DNA of 64,000 nt from Candidatus Saccharimonadales bacterium (GTDB lineage: Bacteria; Patescibacteriota; Saccharimonadia; Saccharimonadales; Saccharimonadaceae). The translations under genes were made by a program, and so were the position numbers. The notes under the pieces are model-generated. The model was not told the origin of the DNA. It made no database searches and saw nothing but the letters and a program-made list of their open reading frames with translations. This document shows positions 25,455 to 35,849 of this stretch, piece after piece (position 1 is the first letter of the stretch; the number at the start of each line of letters is the position of its first letter). The stretch covers positions 285 to 64,284 of the forward strand of contig JBAQEV010000017.1 in NCBI GenBank assembly GCA_049286925.1, in the 5' to 3' direction.

Positions 25455-26076
25455 TATCTTTAATTACCATTCGAGCTGTTTCGTTTGGCACTATTTTAAA
25501 TACCAACAGAGTGGTCGCAAACCCCAACCCCACGCCAGTTACCGCGTCCAAGAAGAAGTGTTGCTTTGTAAACAAAGTCGAGACAATAATCAACGCGGCC
25601 ATTGATACAAAAGCTAGGGCCCATTTGCTTTTACGAAGAACAAAATATGTCGCCGCCACTGCCGATAAGCCGCTGTGCAGGCTTGGCATTGCAGCGTATG
25701 GCAAATCATTCTCATAGATTAGTCGCAAAATACTCGAAAATATGTCATTCCCAACCACCGGATCCCTAGGCACAATTGTTTGAAAAGACAGATAGACAAC
25801 ATAGGCGACTAGATTCACGATTGTTAGCGACAAAGCCAGTTGATAGAAAGACTTCTTCTTTAGCCAAGCATAAATTACAATCAGCCACAACCACGGCAAA
25901 AACAACAGATATGGTACGACAAAAACTGGCAAACGTGGGATTGAATTATCGAATGCGATTTTGACATTGTTTATCACATCTGCGGGTGCATTAAATACAA
26001 AATACAACTCGGCTACTGCAAAAGTAATTGCCAAAACCAGTGTGTCGATTATCCATTCCCTGCAAGTTCGCTGCAT
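25444..26076 (-). CDS. PAP2-superfamily membrane phosphatase/transferase
   Basis: AMPSLHSGLS and QHFFLDAVTG motifs. Six TM helices. Confidence 0.75.
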   Translation of the reverse strand: MQRTCREWIIDTLVLAITFAVAELYFVFNAPADVINNVKIAFDNSIPRLPVFVVPYLLFLPWLWLIVIYAWLKKKSFYQLALSLTIVNLVAYVVYLSFQTIVPRDPVVGNDIFSSILRLIYENDLPYAAMPSLHSGLSAVAATYFVLRKSKWALAFVSMAALIIVSTLFTKQHFFLDAVTGVGLGFATTLLVFKIVPNETARMVIKDTIV

Positions 26077-26095
26077 AATCGCCTAACTCCACGTC

Positions 26096-27040
26096 CTAAG
26101 ACTTTATGATATTGTCCACTTCAATTTGTCCACGATAAATCTTGGCTGCCTCTTCTGGCGCTACCGGATTAATAATTACACCAGTCCCCAATTCAAGCCC
26201 AGCCCAAATATTTGGTCGCGGTGCAACTTTGATATGCATATGATAATCTTCACTATTAATAGCATTCTCGACAAAATAATTGTACGAGATACCAAATTCA
26301 TCCATTTTTCCGAGGACAATCTTAAGCGCCATGGCAATCGATTCTTTTTCGGCGTGATTCAAATCCGATATTGAATGGATATGTCGCCTTGGTATCAACC
26401 AAGCACCGTACGGTGCATCACTGGCATATGGTGCCAGAACAAACAAATGATCATCCTCCCATATCACTCTTGGCCTATCAGTTTCAAGAGCGATAATATC
26501 GCAATATGGACAAGAATCATTTTCTAGGCGGTATTTGCCATAGGCCCTCGCCTCACTTTCAACCTTCGGTGGCAATATAGGCAAAGCCATAATCTGTGAA
26601 TGAGAGTGTGGAATTGATGCTCCAGCTCTACCGCCTTCGTTTTTAAACACTATGACGTGCTTGACTCCTGGTATCGCTTTCAATTCGTTGAACCTGGATA
26701 TATATGCGTTAAAAATACGAATAATATGATCAACTGAAAATTCACTCAGATTTACACCATGTCGCCTGGTTTCGATTATCACTTCGGCTTGGCCATAGGC
26801 GCTGTGATTATCTTTATCAAGCGCAGCATATTTGTTTAGAATCGAAACAATCTCCCACTCACCACCCCGCCCATTATCCTGGTATGTGATAGTTTCATTG
26901 TGAAAGCTGTCCGGACAAAAATGACATGTGCCGCCAGTCTCAATAACATCACCAATATTATGTGGCCTATTAGCCCTACCGGGGGCAATAATGACGTATT
27001 CGTTTTTAAAATAGTCCTTACGAATTTCTGGCTTAATCAT
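26096..27040 (-). CDS. galT: Galactose-1-phosphate uridylyltransferase family (HIT-like nucleotidyltransferase)
   Basis: CHFCP zinc motif and an active-site HSHSQ (His-x-His-x-Gln) motif. Confidence 0.75.
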   Translation of the reverse strand: MIKPEIRKDYFKNEYVIIAPGRANRPHNIGDVIETGGTCHFCPDSFHNETITYQDNGRGGEWEIVSILNKYAALDKDNHSAYGQAEVIIETRRHGVNLSEFSVDHIIRIFNAYISRFNELKAIPGVKHVIVFKNEGGRAGASIPHSHSQIMALPILPPKVESEARAYGKYRLENDSCPYCDIIALETDRPRVIWEDDHLFVLAPYASDAPYGAWLIPRRHIHSISDLNHAEKESIAMALKIVLGKMDEFGISYNYFVENAINSEDYHMHIKVAPRPNIWAGLELGTGVIINPVAPEEAAKIYRGQIEVDNIIKS

Positions 27041-27090
27041 TTACAACCATAATAATGCATATGGTTAAATAAAAAAACTGTCTATCGCAA

Positions 27091-27131
27091 CTAAAACACT
27101 CCGCATTTGTTGCAGAGTGTTTTAGTTTTTT
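27091..27131. terminator. Hairpin between rny and galT
   Basis: CTAAAACACTC (27091-27101) pairs with GAGTGTTTTAG (27115-27125) and is followed by TTTTTT. Confidence 0.5.
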
Positions 27132-27142
27132 CGTATTTTACG

Positions 27143-28630
27143 TTATTTAGCGTATTCTATGGCTCGAGTTTCGCGAATAACGTTAACTTTGATCGTACCA
27201 GGATATTGCATAGTACTTTCAATTTTGACAGCTATATCACGTGCTAATTTAATAGCGCTCAGGTCATCAATAGATTTTGGACTGACGATTACACGCACTT
27301 CGCGACCAGCGCTAATTGCATATGCCTTGTCTATTCCATTAAATCCTAACGCGATGTTTTCCAAATCACGCATTCTTTCAACGAAGTTTTCAGCACTGAT
27401 ATTACGAGCACCTGGACGTGCAGTTGAAAGGGTATCACAAACACGAACAACCAATGCTTCTGGAGTTGTAGCCTCGATATCATCATGGTGAGCTTCAATT
27501 GCATGCGCAATATCTTCGCTCATTCCATATTTGCGTGCCAGTTCGGCGGCAATATGATGGTGCTTACCTTCCATTTTGTGGGTAACGGCTTTGCCGGTAT
27601 CGTGTAGTAATGTTGCAATTTTAGCAACACGTACATCTGCGCCAATTTCTTCGGCAATCAACCCCGCCAGATGTGCCATCTCGACACTATGCATCAAGAC
27701 ATTTTGTCCATAGCTAGTTCGATATTTCAACTCGCCCAAAAGACGTAGCATTTCTTTTGGAATACCAACAACGCCAACTTCACGGGCTGCGTCTTCACCA
27801 GCACGATTGATTTCTTTGTTGATTTCAGTCTCTGCCTTGGCAACAACTTCTTCAATTCGTCCCGGGTGAATTCGACCGTCTTTCATCAAGAATTCCAAGC
27901 TCATCCTGGCAACTTGGCGACGTACTGGATCAAATGAACTCAGAACAATCATACCTGGAGTGTCATCGACTAAAATATCAACGCCAGTAGCACGTTGCAA
28001 AGCCTGAATATTACGACCTTCCTTGCCAATAATTCGGCCCTTCATCTCATCATCAGTCAACTTGACAGCCGTAACTGTACGCTCGGCAGTGACTTCAGAC
28101 GACATTCTTTCCATCGCGGTCAGTAAGATTGTTTGCGCAACATCTTCGGCAGTTTCAGTAGCATCATTTTGTAATTTATTAACCAATTCAACTAGATCTT
28201 GCTTGACATCACGTTCAGTCATTTGCAACAATTTTTCAGCTGCTTCGGCCTTGGTCAACTTAGAAACTTTTTCTAGTTTCTCTTGTTGCTTGATGCGAAT
28301 TTCACGAATTTCGTCTTTTAGATTTTCGACATCACGTTCATGCTCGCGAAGTTTTTCAGATCGCTTGTCTAACTCGTCCATTTTTCTATCAAGCGAATTT
28401 TCACGCTCAACCAGACGGTTTTCAGTCCTCTTCCACTCGCTACGTCGTTCGTTCTCGAGTTTGATAGCTTCATCCTTGGCATGCAAAACAATGTCACTTG
28501 CTTTTGTTTTGGCACTTGCTAACTCTTTTTCTACCTTTGACTTTGTACTGTACTGACGCTGTTTTTCATACGCGAAAGTACCGCCAACTCCCGCTAAAAC
28601 CGAGACGACGGCAATAATAACCTCTAACAT
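27143..28630 (-). CDS. rny: Ribonuclease Y
   Basis: N-terminal TM, long coiled coil, KH domain (IIGKEGRNIQAL) and HD domain (LLHDTGKA...AHHDD). Confidence 0.95.
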   Translation of the reverse strand: MLEVIIAVVSVLAGVGGTFAYEKQRQYSTKSKVEKELASAKTKASDIVLHAKDEAIKLENERRSEWKRTENRLVERENSLDRKMDELDKRSEKLREHERDVENLKDEIREIRIKQQEKLEKVSKLTKAEAAEKLLQMTERDVKQDLVELVNKLQNDATETAEDVAQTILLTAMERMSSEVTAERTVTAVKLTDDEMKGRIIGKEGRNIQALQRATGVDILVDDTPGMIVLSSFDPVRRQVARMSLEFLMKDGRIHPGRIEEVVAKAETEINKEINRAGEDAAREVGVVGIPKEMLRLLGELKYRTSYGQNVLMHSVEMAHLAGLIAEEIGADVRVAKIATLLHDTGKAVTHKMEGKHHHIAAELARKYGMSEDIAHAIEAHHDDIEATTPEALVVRVCDTLSTARPGARNISAENFVERMRDLENIALGFNGIDKAYAISAGREVRVIVSPKSIDDLSAIKLARDIAVKIESTMQYPGTIKVNVIRETRAIEYAK

Positions 28631-28789
28631 TTTCTATCCTTTCCTCGCCAAGTTTCCGTCATTTAACTACTAGTACAAAATATGTTCGTAAAAAATCAGT
28701 CAGTCAAGGCGTCGGTTTCAAAATTATTCAAAAGTCCAAAAAATTAAGGACTATATACAGTGTAGCTTTTTTTATATATATTAAGCAAG

Positions 28790-29176
28790 CTATTTTCGCG
28801 AAACCGTGATATGCGCTTCGCTACCATAAAATGGCAGGACGATTTTTTCGTTTTTGCCATCGTTGATTTTAGTAAGAGCAATGTTTTTCCAGTCATCACC
28901 ACGCGCACCAACAATCGGTATGTTCTGGGCATCTGCAAAAGTATTGACGACAGTTAGTCCAATGCGTAATCCCGTGAAGCTTCCAGGTCCTTCGTATGCG
29001 CCAATAGCCGCAATATCCTGCCAGGTCTTATCGCAAGAGCTAAGCAGCCCCTGGATATGTTTTAATAGCCCCTTTGCTAAAGTTCGTCCGGCCTCCCATT
29101 TATCATTTTTGCGCCAATCACCATCAATCAATGTAATTTTACAAATAGGCGTACTGGTATCAATTAAAAAAATCAT
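28790..29176 (-). CDS. tsaB: tRNA t6A37 biosynthesis protein TsaB (short form)
   Basis: FLIDTST...GPGSFTGLRIGLTVVNTFA. Only 128 aa. Confidence 0.8.
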   Translation of the reverse strand: MIFLIDTSTPICKITLIDGDWRKNDKWEAGRTLAKGLLKHIQGLLSSCDKTWQDIAAIGAYEGPGSFTGLRIGLTVVNTFADAQNIPIVGARGDDWKNIALTKINDGKNEKIVLPFYGSEAHITVSRK

Positions 29177-29631
29177 TATTTTATTTCCCCAATCAGCTTT
29201 TCACTTTTCTGACCACCTGACTTTACGCTTAGTCGTCGCGAATCATCACTGGTTGCAATAATTTCGATTGTTAATCTGTCGGCGGGCAAAACATTTTGGA
29301 CCGCCTCAGCCCATTCAATAACCGTTATAGTTTGGGGGGCACTTATAACCTCTGTCAATTCATCGGCCATAATTCCGGCATCGTTTAATCGATAGAAATC
29401 ATAATGCGAAAGAATAATCTCATCTCTGCCACTATAAACACGATTTATCGTAAAACTTGGACTTTGAACATTATCAACAATACCCAAACCAACCGCAATA
29501 CCTTTTACAAGAGTTGTTTTGCCAGCACCAATATCACCGACTAATTCGATAATTTCGCCGCCATTCAAACTCATTCCGAGAGCCTGCCCGAATGAGCGCA
29601 TTTTCTTTTCGTTCTCTACCTCTATAATCAT
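29176..29631 (-). CDS. tsaE: tRNA t6A37 biosynthesis ATPase TsaE
   Basis: P-loop GDIGAGKTTLVKG and SPSFTI, HYDFYRL. I chose the ATG at 29631 because the longer ORF overlaps divergent pilB. Confidence 0.85.
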   Translation of the reverse strand: MIIEVENEKKMRSFGQALGMSLNGGEIIELVGDIGAGKTTLVKGIAVGLGIVDNVQSPSFTINRVYSGRDEIILSHYDFYRLNDAGIMADELTEVISAPQTITVIEWAEAVQNVLPADRLTIEIIATSDDSRRLSVKSGGQKSEKLIGEIK

Positions 29632-29695
29632 CACAAAAAATATTATAGCACCTGGTACTTTTTTAATCTGTAGATTACAATAGAGCACAAGCATT

Positions 29696-31486
29696 ATGCG
29701 AATACAAGACGCTACAATGGAGAAATTGCTGGTTCGCAGTGGAGTTGCCACTGTTGATCAGGTTGCAGCCTTAAAAGAAGAGGCGGTCCGTTCAAAGCGC
29801 TCGCTTCAAGAAGTATCCATGCAAAACGACACCATGAACGAAGAAGCTCTAGCAAAGGCATTTGCTGACTACGCCCAAATACCGTACATAGAGCTTGTTC
29901 CTCATGACATCCCAATTGATGTTTTAAACCAAATCCCAGAACGTGTTGCACGGCAATACAACGCTGTCTTATTCAAAATTGATGATGCCGGAGTACACCA
30001 CTTAGCGATGGAAGATCCTGACGATGTTCAGGCAGAAAACTTCATCGAAAAACAAATTGGTACAAATACCAAGATATATATAGCTGCGCCTCAAAACATT
30101 TTAGCCGCTCTTGAAGTCTATCGCGGCGATGTTAACACCGAGCTAAACGAAGTCATCGATATTCAACGAGCCGACAACACAGAAAACGAAGGTGTAACCG
30201 CTCAAGAGATCGCAGAAGACTCACCAATAGCTAAAACTATTAGTCTGCTTTTGGAATACGCCATTAAATCGCACGCCAGCGATATTCACATTGAACCACG
30301 CGAAAATTTCGTTCAGGTTCGTTATCGAATCGACGGTGTTTTACGTGAAGTAAACCGTTTACCAAAGAGCGTAATCGGCGCTCTTGTTAGCCGTATTAAA
30401 ATTTTATCTAATTTAAAGATTGACGAACACCGTGTGCCACAAGACGGCAGGTTTAAGATTAAAGTTGGCGGCAAACAATACGCTCTTCGTGTTAGCACAT
30501 TGCCAGTTTCTGATGGCGAAAAGACTGTCATGCGTATCTTGGATGAATCCAACCAGGCTGTTACATTGGAAGAACTTGGTTATTGGGGCAAGTCAATCAA
30601 TACAGTTAGGCCGGCCCTAAAAGAAGCCAACGGTATGATTTTGATTACTGGTCCAACTGGTAGTGGTAAGTCAACCAGCTTATTTAGTATCTTGACTGTC
30701 CTCAATACCCCAGATGTTAATATATCCACAGTCGAGGATCCAGTTGAGTATAAAATTCCTGGCGTCAATCAAACTCAGACCAATTCTAAAGCCGGAATGA
30801 CATTCGCCAACGGCCTCAGGGCGCTCCTCCGCCAAGATCCGAATATCATTATGATTGGTGAGATTCGAGACAAAGAAACCGCCGACCTTGGCGTGCAGGC
30901 AGCACTTACTGGCCACTTAGTTTTTAGCACCCTCCACACCAACGACGCAGCGACCTGTTTGCCGCGACTTCTAGACATGGGTATCGAACCATTTTTGATT
31001 GCAAGTATTATGCGTATTGTCGTAGGTCAGCGCCTTGTACGATGTGTCCGTCCAGAGACAAGGATAAAATATGTACCATCCGAGGAAGAAAAAAAGCTTA
31101 TCATCAGTATGTTTAGCCTGCGCCCAGGTCAGGATTTTAAATATATTCATGAGCTAGAAAAGCAAGCTGCAGACAACGGGGTTGGTGGCGATACTCCGCT
31201 TTCAACAGACGAGAATGGTATTATATGTATGTATAAATCTAATTTAGACGACAACAATGATGGTGCCTTGAACGGTTATCGCGGTCGAATCGGTATTTAC
31301 GAAGTCTTAAACAACTCACTAGCTATCCAAAAGCTTATCGTAGCTAACGCCACAAGCAACCAGATCAAAGAACAAGCAATCTCTGAGGGTATGGTAACAA
31401 TGCAAACAGATGGTCTAATCAAGGTTCTGCGCGGAATCACTACTCTAGAGGAGGTCATTAGGGTGACAAAGGATCAACAATCATGA
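29696..31486 (+). CDS. pilB: Type IV pilus assembly ATPase PilB (GspE family)
   Basis: GspII_E N-domain, Walker A GPTGSGKST, Asp/His boxes and a tetracysteine-region remnant. Confidence 0.95.
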   Translation: MRIQDATMEKLLVRSGVATVDQVAALKEEAVRSKRSLQEVSMQNDTMNEEALAKAFADYAQIPYIELVPHDIPIDVLNQIPERVARQYNAVLFKIDDAGVHHLAMEDPDDVQAENFIEKQIGTNTKIYIAAPQNILAALEVYRGDVNTELNEVIDIQRADNTENEGVTAQEIAEDSPIAKTISLLLEYAIKSHASDIHIEPRENFVQVRYRIDGVLREVNRLPKSVIGALVSRIKILSNLKIDEHRVPQDGRFKIKVGGKQYALRVSTLPVSDGEKTVMRILDESNQAVTLEELGYWGKSINTVRPALKEANGMILITGPTGSGKSTSLFSILTVLNTPDVNISTVEDPVEYKIPGVNQTQTNSKAGMTFANGLRALLRQDPNIIMIGEIRDKETADLGVQAALTGHLVFSTLHTNDAATCLPRLLDMGIEPFLIASIMRIVVGQRLVRCVRPETRIKYVPSEEEKKLIISMFSLRPGQDFKYIHELEKQAADNGVGGDTPLSTDENGIICMYKSNLDDNNDGALNGYRGRIGIYEVLNNSLAIQKLIVANATSNQIKEQAISEGMVTMQTDGLIKVLRGITTLEEVIRVTKDQQS

Positions 31487-32715
31487 CAATGTTCGCTTAC
31501 ATAGCCATTGATGCCAAAGGAGTATCTCTTAAGGGCACCGTCGAACAACCTGACCGCACAAGCGTTATTAACGCTATAACCAAACAAAATCTGCGTCCAA
31601 TTAGTATTAGAGAGATTAAGACCAAAAATAGTGGCGCAAGCTTTGGTAACATAATGGGCAGCAACAAGGTTAAGGCTGACCAGTTGGTTATGTTTACTAG
31701 GCAGCTTGCTGCCATGGTTGGGGCTGGAGTCCCGTTACTTCGAGCTTTAACTGCTCTCGCCGAGCACATTACCGAAAGTCCAGTTCTTCAAAAAATTCTT
31801 CTCGGAATTATTCGTGATGTCGAAGGCGGCACTTCACTTGGAGACGCTCTGGCAAAATACCCAAATACGTTCAACCCTGTATATGTCAACATGGTTCGTG
31901 CTGGTGAAGCCGCCGGAATCTTGGACGACATCCTAAACCGATTAGCATTACAACAAGAAAAAAATACATCAATGCGTAAAAAAATAAAAAGCTCCATGAT
32001 GTATCCAATGGTTCTGATGGTCATTACAGTTTTAGCATTCTTTGGATTGATGATTTTTATTGTTCCACAGATTGGCTCAATAGTTAAGAGTCTAAGTGGC
32101 GATTCTGATGCAAAATTACCATTCATTACCGAAGTTATGCTTGGTATAAGCAGTTTTATGATCTCGTATTGGTATATCGTTATTGGCGGATTTGTCGGGA
32201 CGATTTACGCATTTATGACATACATCAAGACGCCGAAGGGCAGATATCAATTTCATTACTTATTGCTAAAGATACCTGGTCTTAAAACAGTTATCACCAA
32301 GGTCGCCGTTGGATACTTCACGCGTACTTTCTCGGCCCTGATTGAAGCCGGTGTAGCCGTATTGGAAGCCTTGGATGTTACATCAAGGGCTGTTGGTAAT
32401 GCTATTTTCGAACAAGCTCTTGTCGAAGCCGAGGCACAAGTTAAAATAGGCAAATCTTTATCTTCGGTTATTGAAGCTCAGAATCTATTTCCGCCAATCG
32501 TACCCCAGATGTTACTTGTTGGCGAAGAAACTGGACAAACCGCTCAGGTCTTGGTCAAGGTCGCAGATTTCTATGAAGAAGAGGTTAGCCGTTCAATCGA
32601 AGGTCTTAGCTCGATAATCGAGCCAATCATGATTGTCATCATGGGAACGATGGTTGGGTTAGTTGCCGCAGCCGTTATGTTGCCAATCGCTGGCCTTGCA
32701 ACTTCAATTAAATAA
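31483..32715 (+). CDS. pilC: Type IV pilus platform protein PilC (GspF family)
   Basis: Two T2SSF repeats (FTRQLAAMVGAGVPLLRAL; FTRTFSALIEAGVAVLEAL). ATGA overlap with pilB. Confidence 0.95.
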   Translation: MTMFAYIAIDAKGVSLKGTVEQPDRTSVINAITKQNLRPISIREIKTKNSGASFGNIMGSNKVKADQLVMFTRQLAAMVGAGVPLLRALTALAEHITESPVLQKILLGIIRDVEGGTSLGDALAKYPNTFNPVYVNMVRAGEAAGILDDILNRLALQQEKNTSMRKKIKSSMMYPMVLMVITVLAFFGLMIFIVPQIGSIVKSLSGDSDAKLPFITEVMLGISSFMISYWYIVIGGFVGTIYAFMTYIKTPKGRYQFHYLLLKIPGLKTVITKVAVGYFTRTFSALIEAGVAVLEALDVTSRAVGNAIFEQALVEAEAQVKIGKSLSSVIEAQNLFPPIVPQMLLVGEETGQTAQVLVKVADFYEEEVSRSIEGLSSIIEPIMIVIMGTMVGLVAAAVMLPIAGLATSIK

Positions 32716-32764
32716 TAATGATATATGAATATGCTCATGCTATAATATTGTTAGTAATTTATTA

Positions 32765-33829
32765 GTGGGCACAATGACAAAGTTATTTTTTACAGATAAG
32801 CAAATTATTGGTCTTGATATCAGCAATACTGGTATTAAGGTTATGGCTATCGATACAAAACGATGGCTTGTACTTGGTTATGGTGCAATTGACTTAGATC
32901 CAATCAAAGTAAAAGAGTCGCTTGAAGGCGACAGCCAATACTTGGCCGAAAATATAAAATTGCTTATCAAAGAAAAAGTCGTTGGTAGCCTACCAAGCAA
33001 CCACGCTGTAATTGGTTTCCCTACTGCACGTAGCTATTCTAGGACTTTTAATATGCCGTCCGACGTTGAAAAACATCTAACCGAGGCTGTCGAGCTAGAG
33101 GTGGACCAATATGTCCCAGTACCTTCATTAACGTTATATATAGATTATAAAATTATTGAACGTCACAAAAAAGAAATTACGGTTTTAATGAGCGCCGTAC
33201 CTCAGATGATAGTGGATAAGTGCGTCGCTGCTGCCGAAAGCGCTGGGTTAAGCACTGTTTTAGTCGAGCCTGGAATAAATGCGGTAGCCAGATTATTAGA
33301 GACGGTCGAAGATGACAGCTTACCAAGCGTAATTGTTGATATTGGACCAAATAATACCGACATTGTGGTATTAGACCACGGCAATATCCGAGTAACTGGT
33401 AGCTTGCCGATTGGCGGCAACACTCTCACTCACGATATTGCCCGCAGACTAGAAATAACTATCGAAAACGCCCACCAGCTAAAGGTATTGAATGGGCTAA
33501 GCGCTGGGCCAAGACAGGCAAAAATAAAAAGCGCTGTCGAACCTAGTCTAAATAAGATTATTACCGAAACTCGCAAAGTTATGCGCTATTATAATGAGCG
33601 GATCAGCGACGATCGTAAACTTGAACAACTTCTGGTAGTCGGTATTGGCAGTAATATGCCCGGAATCGGTGAGTATTTTACGAATGAATTAATTATGCCA
33701 GCCCGCGTCGCCAGCCCATGGCAAAAACTAGATTTTGGCAAACTACCTGAACCAGCTCGACAATTCCGCTCAAGATACATAACAGTCGCTGGGTTGGCCA
33801 GTGTTAATATGGATAGTATATGGGAATGA
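32765..33829 (+). CDS. pilM: Type IV pilus assembly protein PilM (actin-like ATPase fold)
   Basis: IGLDISNTGIKVMAI start of an actin-like fold. Position after pilC. The start is GTG 32765 or ATG 32774. Confidence 0.85.
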   Translation: MGTMTKLFFTDKQIIGLDISNTGIKVMAIDTKRWLVLGYGAIDLDPIKVKESLEGDSQYLAENIKLLIKEKVVGSLPSNHAVIGFPTARSYSRTFNMPSDVEKHLTEAVELEVDQYVPVPSLTLYIDYKIIERHKKEITVLMSAVPQMIVDKCVAAAESAGLSTVLVEPGINAVARLLETVEDDSLPSVIVDIGPNNTDIVVLDHGNIRVTGSLPIGGNTLTHDIARRLEITIENAHQLKVLNGLSAGPRQAKIKSAVEPSLNKIITETRKVMRYYNERISDDRKLEQLLVVGIGSNMPGIGEYFTNELIMPARVASPWQKLDFGKLPEPARQFRSRYITVAGLASVNMDSIWE

Positions 33830-34383
33830 TAAACCTATTACCAAGAGAATCAAAAAAACAGTTGCGCGCCGCCCATACTAATGTTGCATTGATTCGATAT
33901 CTAGCACTACTGAGCGCTGGAATTACATTCTTGATTTTGGCCTGTGCTGTTTCGTACTTTATCCTTCTTGGCATTAGCAATACAAACGAAGAAGCAAAGG
34001 AAAATCAACAAAGCACAAATATTTCCTATAGTACCGCCAAGGCCCAATTTGACCAAATGGCCGCCTCAATGCAGTCGGCAAGCGAAATAATGAATAAACA
34101 AGTGCTATTCAGTAACATAATTACTGGGTTAGCTTCTGCGTTGCCGGTAGGTGTAATAATCGATAATCTTACTGCAAGCGCTGAAGGCCTTAGCACGCCA
34201 ACAGTTATCAAAGCGCATGCTGTTTCTGACAGTAGCGTGTCAAAATTAAGAGAGAACCTGACGAAATCGCCGCTATTTTCAAGCTCAGAAGTTCAAATAA
34301 CAACTAACGACCCGAATGCTGTAACTGGATATCCAATTGCCGTCACTATTACCGCAACAATCAACAAAGGCGTAGCGCAATGA
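33820..34383 (+). CDS. pilN: PilN-like bitopic pilus assembly protein
   Basis: INLLP motif, one TM helix, overlap with pilM. Confidence 0.7.
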   Translation: MGMINLLPRESKKQLRAAHTNVALIRYLALLSAGITFLILACAVSYFILLGISNTNEEAKENQQSTNISYSTAKAQFDQMAASMQSASEIMNKQVLFSNIITGLASALPVGVIIDNLTASAEGLSTPTVIKAHAVSDSSVSKLRENLTKSPLFSSSEVQITTNDPNAVTGYPIAVTITATINKGVAQ

Positions 34384-34937
34384 GAAGTAAAAACCTTCAA
34401 GCAACTTCTATGCGCAGTATCCTGATGTTTCTTTTGGCAACCCTGATTATTATCTCGGCTGCGGGATTCTATTTTGCCCAAGATTGGCTAGATAATATGG
34501 CGGACGATGTTAGCAATAGCTCATCAAGTGCCAACCCTAGTGACAGTAACGCCCAAGCACTGTCAAGTATCAAAACCGAGATAGCAAAAAATAAAAGCGC
34601 TGCAGATAAGGCCAACAGCCTAGTGTCAACCAACGCAAATTACAAAGCCCAGATGGCTAAAGATATAAATAAGTACGCGTCCCAAACCGGCGTTTCGATA
34701 AAAAGTATCAATGTCAACCAACCACCCACTGCTTCAGACATAAGCAATGACATCCAAACTGGATATGCTACTGTTGTATTTAATAATCCTGTTTCTATAC
34801 AAAATTTACTATTATTCATTAAGTGCATCGAGACTAATTCACCTAAAATGCAAATATCCGAAATCGACATCACCGCGCAAAAATCAAGCAGTTCAGTTAT
34901 CGTAAAACCAATAACAATCAGAGGGTATTTTAAATAA
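34380..34937 (+). CDS. pilO: PilO-like bitopic pilus assembly protein
   Basis: One TM helix followed by a coiled coil and a beta domain. ATGA overlap with pilN. Assignment is by position and architecture. Confidence 0.6.
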   Translation: MRSKNLQATSMRSILMFLLATLIIISAAGFYFAQDWLDNMADDVSNSSSSANPSDSNAQALSSIKTEIAKNKSAADKANSLVSTNANYKAQMAKDINKYASQTGVSIKSINVNQPPTASDISNDIQTGYATVVFNNPVSIQNLLLFIKCIETNSPKMQISEIDITAQKSSSSVIVKPITIRGYFK

Positions 34938-34938
34938 T

Positions 34939-35223
34939 ATGAAAAACAAACCCCACAAAGATATTATGAAATTAATCTCCCGTTTTTTCAGACACGCAAA
35001 TTTGATACTTTTTGTAATTGTCCTTGGGCTGGGCCTGGTCGCATATATTATTGTGCTCAACAGCATTCTTCAAAAAGCAACCAGCGATAACAACTCCTCT
35101 CTTAACGCCAATTCTGCTACTTTCGATCAATCCATAATTAATAAAATAAATCTATTAAAACCAAGCAGCGACAACTCTGTGCACAATTTACCTTCCGGCA
35201 GAATAAATCCATTCTCTGAATAG
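34939..35223 (+). CDS. Small bitopic membrane protein in the pilus operon
   Basis: One TM helix (ILFVIVLGLGLVAYIIVL). Starts 2 nt after the pilO stop. Confidence 0.55.
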   Translation: MKNKPHKDIMKLISRFFRHANLILFVIVLGLGLVAYIIVLNSILQKATSDNNSSLNANSATFDQSIINKINLLKPSSDNSVHNLPSGRINPFSE

Positions 35224-35261
35224 TTGGCGCCTAGACGAAAAACGCTTATACTATAAACACA

Positions 35262-35849
35262 ATGCTTTTACACGGATCGCAATTAATCGGCACGCCAATA
35301 ATGAGCTTGCAGACTGGTACTGAGCTAGGCAGAACCAAAGCTCCTGTTATTGATCCCGCAAATCTAAAAATTCTAGCCTACCAGGCCGAGGGGCCGATGC
35401 TAGTCGATAACCCATCTTACATAAGAATTGCTGACGTTCGCGAGCTAAGTAATATAGGAATGATTATCGATAGTAACGATGAATTTGTCACGCCTGAAGA
35501 TGTAATTAGTCTAAAAAAAATAATCGACCTCAACTTTAATCTGGTTGGATTGAATGTAATTGACGAAACAAAACGCAAGCTTGGCAAAATTGATGGCTAC
35601 AACATTGACAGCGAAAGTTTTGTAATCCAGCAAATCGTTATCAAACAGGGTGTTATTAAAAGTTTGTCCGAGACCGAATTATTGGTTCACCGTTCACAAA
35701 TTGTTGAAATTAACGACCAAGAAGTCATAATAAAATCTGGCGTTAAAAAATTAGCTCCAATCACAAAACCATCCCAGCTTGACTATATAAATCCTTTCAA
35801 ATCACCGTCGCCACAACCCGAAGGCGCTGAAGCCGCTAAAACCAACTAG
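35262..35849 (+). CDS. PRC-barrel domain protein (two copies)
   Basis: LHGSQLIGTPIMSLQTGTELGRTKAPVIDP and a second similar half (LVGLNVIDETKRKLGKIDGYNID). Confidence 0.7.
   Translation: MLLHGSQLIGTPIMSLQTGTELGRTKAPVIDPANLKILAYQAEGPMLVDNPSYIRIADVRELSNIGMIIDSNDEFVTPEDVISLKKIIDLNFNLVGLNVIDETKRKLGKIDGYNIDSESFVIQQIVIKQGVIKSLSETELLVHRSQIVEINDQEVIIKSGVKKLAPITKPSQLDYINPFKSPSPQPEGAEAAKTN

Noticed and set aside
28023-28556. 177-aa Ser-rich ORF on the + strand
   Set aside because: It is antisense to the coiled-coil region of RNase Y. The low-complexity Ser/Phe content is the mirror image of the Glu/Lys-rich sense frame.
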